This document shows, one piece after another, positions 9,922 through 19,258 of a stretch of 64,000 bases of DNA (position 1 is its first letter; every line of letters begins with the position of its first letter). The notes beneath the pieces were generated by a model. The model saw only the letters and a program-made list of their open reading frames with translations. It searched no databases and had not been told where the DNA came from. Location: assembly GCA_019358935.1 (NCBI GenBank), contig JAHHIK010000024.1, positions 15,955 to 79,954 on the forward strand, given 5' to 3'. Origin of the DNA: Tolypothrix carrinoi HA7290-LM1 (lineage in GTDB: Bacteria; Cyanobacteriota; Cyanobacteriia; Cyanobacteriales; Nostocaceae). Position numbers and translations under genes: made by a program.

Positions 9922-12900
9922 TTAACGTGCAACAAGTGGGTTGTTTGTTTGCGTTTTTAAAGGTTTGGGTTCATTTGAATTTGACTCTCGACCAATATGT
10001 GAGAACCCTTTGCCCTCCTTCACTGCCAGGATGTATTCTTGGGTGAAATGTTTTAATCCTTGAAGTTGACCCTTGAGAGTAGGCGGATATTTTGCCATAA
10101 TGCGATCGCGTGCTTCGCGTTCGTTTTGGTTGTTGGCAATCGAAGCCAACATCATCTCGCCAGGGTAAAATCTGGTTCGCCAGAAGCGTCCACCTCTTTC
10201 AATCAGCCAGCAGGAGTAGAGGTCAGCAGCTCTGGGCAGAAAGGCTTCAGTGGCATTTCGACTAATAATGTTGGGGTCGTAACCCAAGTGACGTTGGAAA
10301 GATGCTACGCCGTTAGCAGTGATGCGCCCAGTAATTCTGTAAACCATGTTTTGCATAATTTGAGAACCCGTAGCACACTGGCAGATAGTGTCGGGGTCTT
10401 GACTTAGCAACAAGACAGAAATTCCATCTTTTCTTCCAGTTGCACAGAGTTCTCCCACGATTTGGGCGAAACCGTCACGACGCAGCAAAACTGAAAGTTC
10501 ATCCCCAATAAACAAACTTCTCGGATGTGAAAGTGCATTTCGGATGCAAGCAGTGTGAGCGTTAATTGCCATCAAGTAAGCATCTTGTTCATTTGACAGT
10601 CCACTGAGGGCAAAAAATTTAACTGCTGGCTCAGGTGAAAAGGTGCTTGGTCTGCCGATCGCTTTCCCCAAACGCGATGCTAATAAAGCATTTCCTTGGC
10701 TGAGAATTTGGTTGATGGCTTGTTTGTCCAATTCTTCAAAGGACTTGAGGTTGAGCCTTTCTTTACTGCAAAAACGTAGTAAATCTTTAAGTGTGGGGAT
10801 TTGCTGCCATTCAGGAGATTGCCAACCTTTCTCGAATGCTTGATTATAGCGGGCAATAATCTCTGGATCTCTAAGAAACATATCCAGCATTTGGAGTACG
10901 ATCGCATCAACTCGTTGAGCTAAGTGCGGGTTATGGACTTTCCCAAGTGCGATCGCCACCATTGCTTTGCGAATAAACTCTTTCCAAGATTCCATTCTTC
11001 GTTCTCTTTCTGGCTTATCAAACTTCCGCAAATCGGGTGGTTCTACCAGATTGCTTGAACCTGCCGAAATGTCATAGTACGCGCCTTGCTCACCCAAAAG
11101 TTCAATAGCTGTTTTGAACGTACTATTCCCACCGCTGCTAATATCCATCCCCACAACCGGGATATTGTTGGCGAGTGCTTCTACTGCGAAACGCCATCCC
11201 AAAACACTCTTACCCGAACCGGATTCTCCAGTAATCAAAGCGCGACTGATTTGGTCGTGGAATAAGTCAATAAAAATCGGTTTATTTCCCCGGTCTGTGA
11301 CAAATTCAACTCCTCTTTTATCTATGTCCCTAGGAATTGTTAAAGGCAAAATTCCCGCAACAGTTTCTGTGTCTAAGGTGAGTCGTCGTTCGCTAAAAAG
11401 TGAACCACTATGTAGCAGCCAATTCCAAGTTATCGGCAAACACTGCAACCAAATATCCCAAGCAATATTTCGCTCTCGAATAACTTTAGCTGTTCCAAAG
11501 CTATTACTAAAAACATTACAGGCATTGTTTAATTCCAAAGAGTCATTGCGGTAGACCAGAAAAGCCACAGCGCAATGAAGTGCTTTTGCACCTTTGTAAA
11601 GTCTGCGTTGTGCATCAAATGATTCTTCTTGTTTGATTTCTGCTCCGATGTCACGCCCTTGTCCCTTTGTTATTGCCCTGGTACTTGCCGCTTTAGATTG
11701 TTTGGCTTGACGAGCCAGATTGTCATTGATGATAAAATTGTTTCCGGCGCTAATTTCAATCCATGCTTCAGTGTCATGAACGTAGCTAGAACTCATTACT
11801 TCCCAAATCCACTTTAGTTGCTGTCTCGTATTGATCCAACCTGTTGGTGGCTCATACATAGTCAACACACCACATTCTTTGCCTTTGCCATTGAGATAAA
11901 CACGGTTGTGACTTAAGCGATGCTCTGGACAAGACGATCTACCTTCTTCTCCCTCAATCAAGACAGTACAAATATGCTTTGGGGTAGTCTTGGTTTCTGT
12001 TAGCTTGAAGCCCGATGGTGTTTCTTCTAATGTTAGTATTTGTGGAATTGGTGGAGCTTCACCGCTATTAAACCGTTTCCAAAGCCATTGCCAAAGGTCT
12101 GTTGCATTGCAAGGAGTAATTTCCAGCCCCATTTTGGTATTTAGTAGTAATTCCCAGCGGATGAAACCTTCATCAAATCCTTTGAGGAACAGCTTTGTAT
12201 AAAACTGTTCTTTGTAAAGCCGCGTGTTACCAGTAATGGAGCCAAGTAACGAGTCCGCAAGATTTTTTACACCGTCAATTACTTTACCGAGAAAGTCTCT
12301 AGATTGTTGTTCTGCTTGAGCATCCGCTGTCCAACTACAGAAAGCAATTTGTTCCCAGACTTGCCGTGTCCCGTTTTGGGTCATTTGTTGAAGTCGGCGC
12401 TGCTCATTCCGAACTAAGATAGAAATCGGCTTCAGATGGGTATTATCAGCTAGTTGAGTGAGTTCCTTTTGGCGATCGCTGTCGTCGCTGTAGCAACCTG
12501 CACAAAAAGTAATCTTTTCGCCGTTTGGGATATCTTTCATCGCTTCTTCAATGGAGTCAGCAAATCCCGAAACCTCACTTTGAAAAAGTAAATTGTGAAG
12601 TCCTTTGGTGTTAAAACCAAATATCAATTGGTATTGTGAACCATTATTAAGAAGAATTCCGGCAGCTTCTCGACCTTCTTTTTTGATTTCAACTAGGCAA
12701 CAGATATGTGTTTCATTTTGAAATGGCATAAACTTGCTCTTGCCTCCTTTTTGATTTGGTACAATTTTTGGCTTGAGCTTTACTTGAAAAGGTTGTGAGT
12801 TCTTGTGCTGTTTTAGGGTGTGTTGGCGATCGGAGTGTGAAAAGGGAGAAATATAGAGAGAGTCGCCGTTACACCATTCATATCCAGGTGGTTTTCGGAA

Positions 12901-13140
12901 TTTATCTGTAAAATGGTGTGGCTGATTGCCAGTTAAAAGCCACCAGCTGACGATTAGCCAAAACGAAACAGCAAAGAACCACCCCAAACCTAAACTGAAA
13001 AGTGCGTTTGTCAAGATATAGGAAACGACGAAAATTGCACACCAAGGTCCTATTTGGTTGGCAGGAATGGGACCGACACTTGCCTGTTTGCCTAAAATCT
13101 TATTAACACGGATAAAGTCTTTTTCTGGATCTCGTGGCAT
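9922..13140 (-). CDS. virB4: VirB4-like ATPase with N-terminal VirB3-like membrane segment
   Basis: Walker A GESGSGKS, Walker B FIGDE, ATGRK..LLSQ motif, N-terminal TMs; 1072 aa. Confidence 0.85.
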   Translation of the reverse strand: MPRDPEKDFIRVNKILGKQASVGPIPANQIGPWCAIFVVSYILTNALFSLGLGWFFAVSFWLIVSWWLLTGNQPHHFTDKFRKPPGYEWCNGDSLYISPFSHSDRQHTLKQHKNSQPFQVKLKPKIVPNQKGGKSKFMPFQNETHICCLVEIKKEGREAAGILLNNGSQYQLIFGFNTKGLHNLLFQSEVSGFADSIEEAMKDIPNGEKITFCAGCYSDDSDRQKELTQLADNTHLKPISILVRNEQRRLQQMTQNGTRQVWEQIAFCSWTADAQAEQQSRDFLGKVIDGVKNLADSLLGSITGNTRLYKEQFYTKLFLKGFDEGFIRWELLLNTKMGLEITPCNATDLWQWLWKRFNSGEAPPIPQILTLEETPSGFKLTETKTTPKHICTVLIEGEEGRSSCPEHRLSHNRVYLNGKGKECGVLTMYEPPTGWINTRQQLKWIWEVMSSSYVHDTEAWIEISAGNNFIINDNLARQAKQSKAASTRAITKGQGRDIGAEIKQEESFDAQRRLYKGAKALHCAVAFLVYRNDSLELNNACNVFSNSFGTAKVIRERNIAWDIWLQCLPITWNWLLHSGSLFSERRLTLDTETVAGILPLTIPRDIDKRGVEFVTDRGNKPIFIDLFHDQISRALITGESGSGKSVLGWRFAVEALANNIPVVGMDISSGGNSTFKTAIELLGEQGAYYDISAGSSNLVEPPDLRKFDKPERERRMESWKEFIRKAMVAIALGKVHNPHLAQRVDAIVLQMLDMFLRDPEIIARYNQAFEKGWQSPEWQQIPTLKDLLRFCSKERLNLKSFEELDKQAINQILSQGNALLASRLGKAIGRPSTFSPEPAVKFFALSGLSNEQDAYLMAINAHTACIRNALSHPRSLFIGDELSVLLRRDGFAQIVGELCATGRKDGISVLLLSQDPDTICQCATGSQIMQNMVYRITGRITANGVASFQRHLGYDPNIISRNATEAFLPRAADLYSCWLIERGGRFWRTRFYPGEMMLASIANNQNEREARDRIMAKYPPTLKGQLQGLKHFTQEYILAVKEGKGFSHIGRESNSNEPKPLKTQTNNPLVAR

Positions 13141-13155
13141 GGTGACTTTAACTGT

Positions 13156-13815
13156 TTAGTTCAAAAGAATCGTAGCGATGTTACGTATGAAAAAGGTGTT
13201 GATTGCTGTTGCAGTACCATTACCAATGAACAAGAACGTAATCACATCAATGGCAATGACTATGCCAAAAGCCAAGCCAATTTGAGTGACAATAGGTCGC
13301 CAGTCATTACCCTGTTGCGCCTGGTTGTAAGCGAAAAGTGAAGCTGCTGCAACCAGCAAAAGGAAGACACCGCGAATGACGTTAAATATCAATCCGATAG
13401 TGCTTTCGTCAATTGCCGTACCTCCTCCTGCGGTAGAGCTTTGTGTTGCTATCTGCTTAAAGAAGGCTTCTAACCCGCTGAGGAAGATGGCGTGAGCAGG
13501 CATCTCGAAGGTGTTGAGCAATGCTGTGAGGGCGATGATTGCTGCGACAACGTGCCAAAACCGAATTTTGGCTCCAATCAGTTTTTCCAGAATGGGTACT
13601 GTTCTTGTAATCTGCCAAAACCCAAAAAATACGACGCTGGAACACCCTAAAACACTCATTAACAGGGGTTCTTTGACGACCATGTACACGCTGACAACAG
13701 CACAAAGCGCAATAAAAAGCAAGTCAGTCCGGTTGATTTTAAATTTTCGTAAAAACTGGCTGACGGAATGGCGATGGTTTTGTCTTGTTGGTTTGATTTG
13801 ATAATTACTACGCAT
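13156..13815 (-). CDS. Membrane protein, probable pilin precursor (VirB2-like)
   Basis: Several TMs and an internal PAHA/IF processing-like site; immediately upstream of virB4. Confidence 0.55.
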   Translation of the reverse strand: MRSNYQIKPTRQNHRHSVSQFLRKFKINRTDLLFIALCAVVSVYMVVKEPLLMSVLGCSSVVFFGFWQITRTVPILEKLIGAKIRFWHVVAAIIALTALLNTFEMPAHAIFLSGLEAFFKQIATQSSTAGGGTAIDESTIGLIFNVIRGVFLLLVAAASLFAYNQAQQGNDWRPIVTQIGLAFGIVIAIDVITFLFIGNGTATAINTFFIRNIATILLN

Positions 13816-13834
13816 TTTTACTCCTTAAGAATTG

Positions 13835-16093
13835 TTAAGCTTGCATTTGGTCTTTTTTTTGCTGTTCTTGACGTTCTAGCTTCTTGACATCTCTGCTATT
13901 CTGGGATGGTTGCGATCTAGCTGCCTCTGCTTCACCGAGCAAATTCTCCATTTCTTCGATGGGGATACGACACTTTCGGATGTCCGGCGGTTGACCGTCT
14001 ACTAAAACAGCCTCGAACACTTGTTCATCACCTTTGCGCGGGTCAAATCCTTGTAGTACCTTCAATCCCTTTAAAGACAGAATTTCAAATTCATACTTGG
14101 GCTGTTTGTTCTCTTTCCAGGTGAAGGTAGGCTCTTTTTCTCCGTTGAAACGTTTGGGGAAGGTTTCTTCAAACTTTTCGACTAAAGCTTGGGCAGTGGC
14201 TTTAATGGCATAGTCTTCTGACGACTGAGGTAGATTGAGTATGTGGTTTTTTTCATCCGGGTTAAGGTTGTCAGAATGAACAGTCCACTGTTTATCCTTT
14301 TTGGTGCCTGCGAATAGTTCTTGCCCGTTATTGCTTTTCAGGGTGAAAGAAAGTTGATCGTTTTGACCCTCAACAAATAAAGTGCTACCGCCAGTCAGAG
14401 GAATCCCCTCTTGAGGAGACTGCTGTGTTATTTGCGCTGTCACCGCAGCAAAATTCACCAAGGATTCAGCGCAGGCTTCCCGTTGCTGTTGGACTTTGCG
14501 TTGCACCACAATTTGTTCGAGAATGTCTTCTGGCTCGTCGGTTTCCAGACTTCCATTAGAGCTAAATTTCTCCTGTGTCGTGTGCAATTCTTCTTCATCG
14601 TCAGTTTCCAAAGCATCGGTGCTTTTATTTACAACAGTTGACTTTTGTTTTAACACTTTAAGTTCTGTAGGTGGCGATGATGCTCGCTCAACTTCCAATT
14701 TAGTAGTAGGTACTACGGCATTTTCATCAACAACTTCTTCTGGGCGAGATTGTGTTTGGGCTTTTGAAACGAGCTTTTCTTCAAGGTCATTAACGATCGC
14801 TTCCAGTCGATCGAGTCTCTGCGAAAGTTTGTTTAGGTATTTTTCAATCTGATCGAGTTGTTCACTAATTGGCGCGTTTTTATCCAGTTGCAGAGGTTGA
14901 GACTTGTATTCTGGGTCAAGTTGGCTCCCTAACTTGTCAATTTTCTCTCCTACTTGAGCAGCAGCGCTGGCGATCGGATTGTCTGTTAAGGTTTCTGACT
15001 GGCGGTTTTCTGACTTAAATATTTCAGCAAAGGGAGCCAATTCTTCTGGCAGTTCCGACTCTGGCGTACTTTCCACAACTTTAGCAATCCGTTTGAAAAG
15101 TTTGCCAATACGGGCATCCTTTTCTTCTAGGTTTTTAAGGATGTCCTCCAGCCGTTTCTCTTCCCCTTGTTGCTTAATCTGCTCTAAAAGCTCATCAACC
15201 CAGGCAATGCTTTTTGTTCCTAGCACAATCCCCAAGCTTGTCAGCTGACCAGCTAACCCGACTTCATTGATACCGTTGAGTTCACCACCTTTGGTAGCAG
15301 CGTTAGCGCTAAAGCGGGAAGCTTCTTCAGCCAAGTTGTCTGCTAAATCTTTTGCAAATTTAGACTTTTGGTCGTTTGAGTCTGGTTCAGTTTCCCGGTT
15401 TTTACGTTGGGGTTTAGTTACGGTGCGTGCTGCTGCTTTGTTCTGGTTTTTTGGTTTTGCAGAATGCACCTCGTCATCTTCAAGCAATACAAGAGGGTCT
15501 ACATCGTCCTCCTCTGCTTCAGCCACTTGAGGTTTCCCAGTGCGCTTTGCTCCTTTTGAAGCAGGTTTTGGCTGCGAGCGGTTGTTGGATTGTTTATTGA
15601 TTGACCGACGGGGAGTCGTTTCTTCTTCGTCATGTAATAAATCTTCTTCTAAGTCGTCTAGATCATTATTTAGGTCGAGGTCTTCATTTTCTTCGTCCAA
15701 GTCAAGGTTATCTGAATATAAAGCTTCTATCCCCAACATTTCCATCACATTGGATGGAGTAAAGTAGTCTTCATCCTTACTGGTGGCATTTCCCAGGTTT
15801 TTAATTAGGTACTTACCGCTGGTTCTTTGGCTTGGATCTTTGGTGAGGTAGAAGCGAAATCCTTTGATTTCGTCGCTACCTGGTTCTGTGCATAGTTCTA
15901 CAGCGATCGCAGCTTTTCCCGACTGTTCGCTATACTCCTCCACAAAATCTTTGAAGTCTTCTAGAGACTCAATGTCTCCTTCTTCTTGCATCGCTGCAAT
16001 TGCTTTGTCAAGGGTGTTTTCGATGTGGCGCAGCTTCCTGGTATCAGTCAGGTTTTGCCATTGTCTTTTCTTAGAAGTAGCTGTATAAGCCAT
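13835..16093 (-). CDS. Large acidic coiled-coil protein of the transfer region
   Basis: 752-aa ORF co-oriented with the T4SS genes; D/E-rich tracts and coiled coils. Confidence 0.75.
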   Translation of the reverse strand: MAYTATSKKRQWQNLTDTRKLRHIENTLDKAIAAMQEEGDIESLEDFKDFVEEYSEQSGKAAIAVELCTEPGSDEIKGFRFYLTKDPSQRTSGKYLIKNLGNATSKDEDYFTPSNVMEMLGIEALYSDNLDLDEENEDLDLNNDLDDLEEDLLHDEEETTPRRSINKQSNNRSQPKPASKGAKRTGKPQVAEAEEDDVDPLVLLEDDEVHSAKPKNQNKAAARTVTKPQRKNRETEPDSNDQKSKFAKDLADNLAEEASRFSANAATKGGELNGINEVGLAGQLTSLGIVLGTKSIAWVDELLEQIKQQGEEKRLEDILKNLEEKDARIGKLFKRIAKVVESTPESELPEELAPFAEIFKSENRQSETLTDNPIASAAAQVGEKIDKLGSQLDPEYKSQPLQLDKNAPISEQLDQIEKYLNKLSQRLDRLEAIVNDLEEKLVSKAQTQSRPEEVVDENAVVPTTKLEVERASSPPTELKVLKQKSTVVNKSTDALETDDEEELHTTQEKFSSNGSLETDEPEDILEQIVVQRKVQQQREACAESLVNFAAVTAQITQQSPQEGIPLTGGSTLFVEGQNDQLSFTLKSNNGQELFAGTKKDKQWTVHSDNLNPDEKNHILNLPQSSEDYAIKATAQALVEKFEETFPKRFNGEKEPTFTWKENKQPKYEFEILSLKGLKVLQGFDPRKGDEQVFEAVLVDGQPPDIRKCRIPIEEMENLLGEAEAARSQPSQNSRDVKKLERQEQQKKDQMQA

Positions 16094-16150
16094 TTTTTCA
16101 ATTCCCTTTTCCTTTTGAGACTGTTTAATGCACGGGAGGGCATTTCAGGT

Positions 16151-16606
16151 TTAGTCGCAACTCTGTCCTAGATCCTTTCGGGAGCAACCATCCTGCTGTT
16201 CAATCCTTTGTTGAAAAACCTTGCCCTTCAACTCCAAGTGATATTCTGCTAACTGCCTGCCGAACTCCCGTAAAATTTCATAGTTTTGCTGGGGCATTTG
16301 TCCAGCTGCTAAGGCTTTTTGGGCGAATAGGGCGAGGGAGTGCAGATGTGCGCTCATGCTTTTTAGTTCACGGGCTACCTCTTGATTGATTTCTGGCACC
16401 ACAGGACGAGGACTAAACTCGAAAGCACGTTTGCGGAGATAATCAGATAAGGTTTTCTCGCCTGACTGCGCTGTTCGCTTTGCTAAGTCCTCTTTCTCAA
16501 CTGGGGTGAGCCGCATTCGGACGACTTCAGTCCGATGGCAAGAGTCTTGCGTTAAGGAAGCGGCTCGGAACGAGCATTGCTCTTGTCTCAGTGTAGTTTT
16601 AGGCAT
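16151..16606 (-). CDS. mobC: MobC-like RHH relaxosome accessory protein
   Basis: VRMRLTPVEKEDLAKRTAQSGEKTLSDYLRKRA..PEINQEVAREL; resembles 54257-54679. Confidence 0.7.
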   Translation of the reverse strand: MPKTTLRQEQCSFRAASLTQDSCHRTEVVRMRLTPVEKEDLAKRTAQSGEKTLSDYLRKRAFEFSPRPVVPEINQEVARELKSMSAHLHSLALFAQKALAAGQMPQQNYEILREFGRQLAEYHLELKGKVFQQRIEQQDGCSRKDLGQSCD

Positions 16607-16908
16607 TTAGTTCAAAAAATTACTTTTTTTTACGTATCATTACGCCGATAAAAAACCACTTTATTGAGTATGACTACCAGATTTAAATTAGGCATTGATC
16701 TTAGAAAATTCATAAACATCGTTGCCTTTGTGAATTTATTTTAAAGCTGTATCTATACATCAATATTGATTGTTGTTTGGTTTTTTTATCACTAGCTTTT
16801 GCTATTACTAATTTCTCAAATAAAGTATAATTTTTGGGTATTTCTTTGGTTGGATATTTTGCTATGCCTAAAGCTACATGATTTAACAGGTAAAGGTTTT
16901 GGAATTTT

Positions 16909-16963
16909 ATATTCGATTTAATGACGACAAGAATGCGACTAAATTACGACTTGCATACGCATC
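16909..16963. repeat. Five degenerate direct repeats with exact 11-bp period (parC-like)
   Basis: CG cores at 16914, 16925, 16936, 16947 and 16958 (attcga, tgacga, atgcga, ttacga, atacgc); a further pair at 17019 and 17030. Confidence 0.55.
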
Positions 16964-17296
16964 AGGATTTCTGCAAAAACTTTTTTATTAAAGAGTTCAA
17001 TTATTTTCAAAAAAATTACGCCTTAAATACGTATTTTGGCTGAGTGAGTTTCTAGGAGTGAGATGTTTATAGTGGATTTATTAATCCTAAATTTTCAAGG
17101 CAACTATGCAAGATGTCAGCTTCAAGGTAGTAAATAGCACTGGAGCCAGCAGAACTAAGGCGATAGCGTTCGCGGAGCGTGCCCCTCAGGGCAAGCACTG
17201 CTGCCTAAGCGCAAAGCGCACGCTACGCGATCTGCCCTTCGCTGCTGCCTCCATGTCAGTAGCAAAGAAACACAGTAAAAAGGTGGGAGCATAATA

Positions 17297-17671
17297 ATGA
17301 ACGAAGAAATTACACTTCATCTCAAAATACGAGTTCCTGTCGATTCCCCAGACAGTAAGCTGCTCAGTTTCCTGAAAGATAGCCGTACCTCAGCAACCCA
17401 AATGGTGTTAGAAGCTGTTCGTGCTTACTGGTTGCCGGTGGCTTGTGCTAGCAATAAACATCCTGAACGAATTAAGGCGATCGCTCACGAGTGTTTACGA
17501 ACTTTGCAAATTCAGGAACGCTACATCAGTACAATATGCGAACTGGAAAGTTCTCTGGCATCTGTACCTGTTCATTTCGATGTGTCGCGCTCCAACCAGG
17601 AGTACCAGATTGCTGCTTTAGCTAAAAGTGAAAATGTGCCTTTTTCATCTCAGGAACCTCATTCATGTTGA
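17297..17671 (+). CDS. Small putative DNA-binding protein, paralog of the parM-linked gene 56623-57096
   Basis: Shared motif: MVLEAVRAYWLPVAC vs MMLHSLRAFWLPLAC. Confidence 0.7.
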   Translation: MNEEITLHLKIRVPVDSPDSKLLSFLKDSRTSATQMVLEAVRAYWLPVACASNKHPERIKAIAHECLRTLQIQERYISTICELESSLASVPVHFDVSRSNQEYQIAALAKSENVPFSSQEPHSC

Positions 17672-17898
17672 GAATTACTGGTCTAAGGATGCTTTATCGG
17701 AATCCAATTAAGTAGACGCGCAAGCTACAACATAACTGTGTTCCTGTCGATTACTCGACAGGAACGCTTTTTGCGCGAGCGAGTTTCATGCAGCATTAGT
17801 CCCAAAACTCATATTTTCGAGTCGGTGACACTCAGTCAAAGGGCAAAGTCAAAAACTAATAAAATAAATCTGAGGTGAGCTAAACCAGAGTAATAAGT

Positions 17899-18945
17899 AT
17901 GGCTAAAACTAAGAAATCAGAAAACGTTCCCAATGCGATGCAAGAAAAGTTCGATGGCATTGTGGCTTCTTCGGATGATTTTGCAAAACTTCATTTGAAC
18001 TCGGAATATGCCCAGTTGATTCGTTTTGCAACAGCAGCTCTGTGTCGGAAGAGACCATCTCCCCTGGCAAGCGGTAAGGAGAAAACTTGGGCTTGTGGCA
18101 TTACCCATGCTATTGGTATGGTCAATTTTCTCTTTGACCCTTCACAAAAACCCCATGTTAGTGCCAAAGAAATCTACAATTGGTTTGGTGTAAGTCCCAG
18201 CACCGGGCAGTCAAAATCAAAACAGGTACGAGATATCCTGGATATGCGGCAGATGGACCCTGATTGGTGTCTGCCGAGTAAGTTAGACAACAACCCGATG
18301 GCTTGGATGATTTCTGTGGATGGATTTATCCTGGATGCCAGGTCTGTTCGCCGAGAAATACAGGAAGAAGCATACGCACGGGGTTTGATTCCTTATATTC
18401 CGGCTGATGGGAAACCGGAAGATATTGATGAGAAACAAGCATCATCCCAACAAAGCAAACCAGTTAACTTTTCTCCCGATGCCCTGTATGTGCTAGATGT
18501 TTTTATAATTGACGGTCCAATCGCAGAGAAATTTATCGCCAAAAATCCAGTGATATCCCGAACCATTGAGATTAAAGGCAGCAATACCCTGGAAGACCTC
18601 CATAAAATTATCTTCAAAGCATTTGATCGCCAAGAAGAGCATATGTACGAATTTCAAGTGGGAGGTTGTGGACCACAAGACCCAAATGCTAGAAGGTATG
18701 GCTTGAAACAAGCATTTTCTTTTTTCCATTTTGCAGAAGCGCCTACAGGCGATGTGTCTAGCACCCCAATTGCTTCTCTGGATTTATCTATTGATGATGC
18801 TTTTGGTTACTGGTTCGATTTTGGTGATGATTGGTGGCATCAGATTAATGTAACCAACATCGCAGACAAGACTCCAGAGAGCAAGTATCCCAGAATCACT
18901 CTTGTGGTTGGGGCTAGCCCTCCTCAATACGCGGATTTTGAGTAA
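17899..18945 (+). CDS. DUF6398-like domain fused to a plasmid pRiA4b ORF-3-like domain
   Basis: N-terminal WACGITHAIGMVNFLFD; C-terminal RTIEIKGSNTLEDLHKII..HMYEF..YWFDFGDDWWHQI. Confidence 0.75.
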   Translation: MAKTKKSENVPNAMQEKFDGIVASSDDFAKLHLNSEYAQLIRFATAALCRKRPSPLASGKEKTWACGITHAIGMVNFLFDPSQKPHVSAKEIYNWFGVSPSTGQSKSKQVRDILDMRQMDPDWCLPSKLDNNPMAWMISVDGFILDARSVRREIQEEAYARGLIPYIPADGKPEDIDEKQASSQQSKPVNFSPDALYVLDVFIIDGPIAEKFIAKNPVISRTIEIKGSNTLEDLHKIIFKAFDRQEEHMYEFQVGGCGPQDPNARRYGLKQAFSFFHFAEAPTGDVSSTPIASLDLSIDDAFGYWFDFGDDWWHQINVTNIADKTPESKYPRITLVVGASPPQYADFE

Positions 18946-19005
18946 CAAAAACGGGCGTTACTGATTCATAGGATGATTTCGGCTCATTGTCGGTTCGCGG
19001 ACATA

Positions 19006-19163
19006 TGTCACTGTAAGGATAAGTTGAGCAACTCTGAAGGCATAAGTTGAGCAATAGATTCCTTGAAACCCGATTAAACTCTTGTATAGCGTAAAAGTAG
19101 AAATAGAAGTTTTGAAAGCATAAGTTGAGCAAATGTTATATTTAGAAACTATAAGTTGAGCAA
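19006..19163 (+). repeat. tnsAB-proximal end with four TnsB-binding repeats
   Basis: ATAAGTTGAGCAA at 19019, 19042, 19120 and 19151. Confidence 0.9.
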
Positions 19164-19258
19164 ACATTTTCAATATGAGCGCTCATAAATACATAACGTT
19201 GTGCTGTGATAAACAGTAGGAGGAACTCGGACTTAGACCCAGGATTAAAGAAAGCATT

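Noticed and set aside
17106..17294. 62-aa ORF and GCGTTCGCGGAGCG-type repeats
   Set aside because: Made largely of common cyanobacterial short dispersed repeats; no protein motif.
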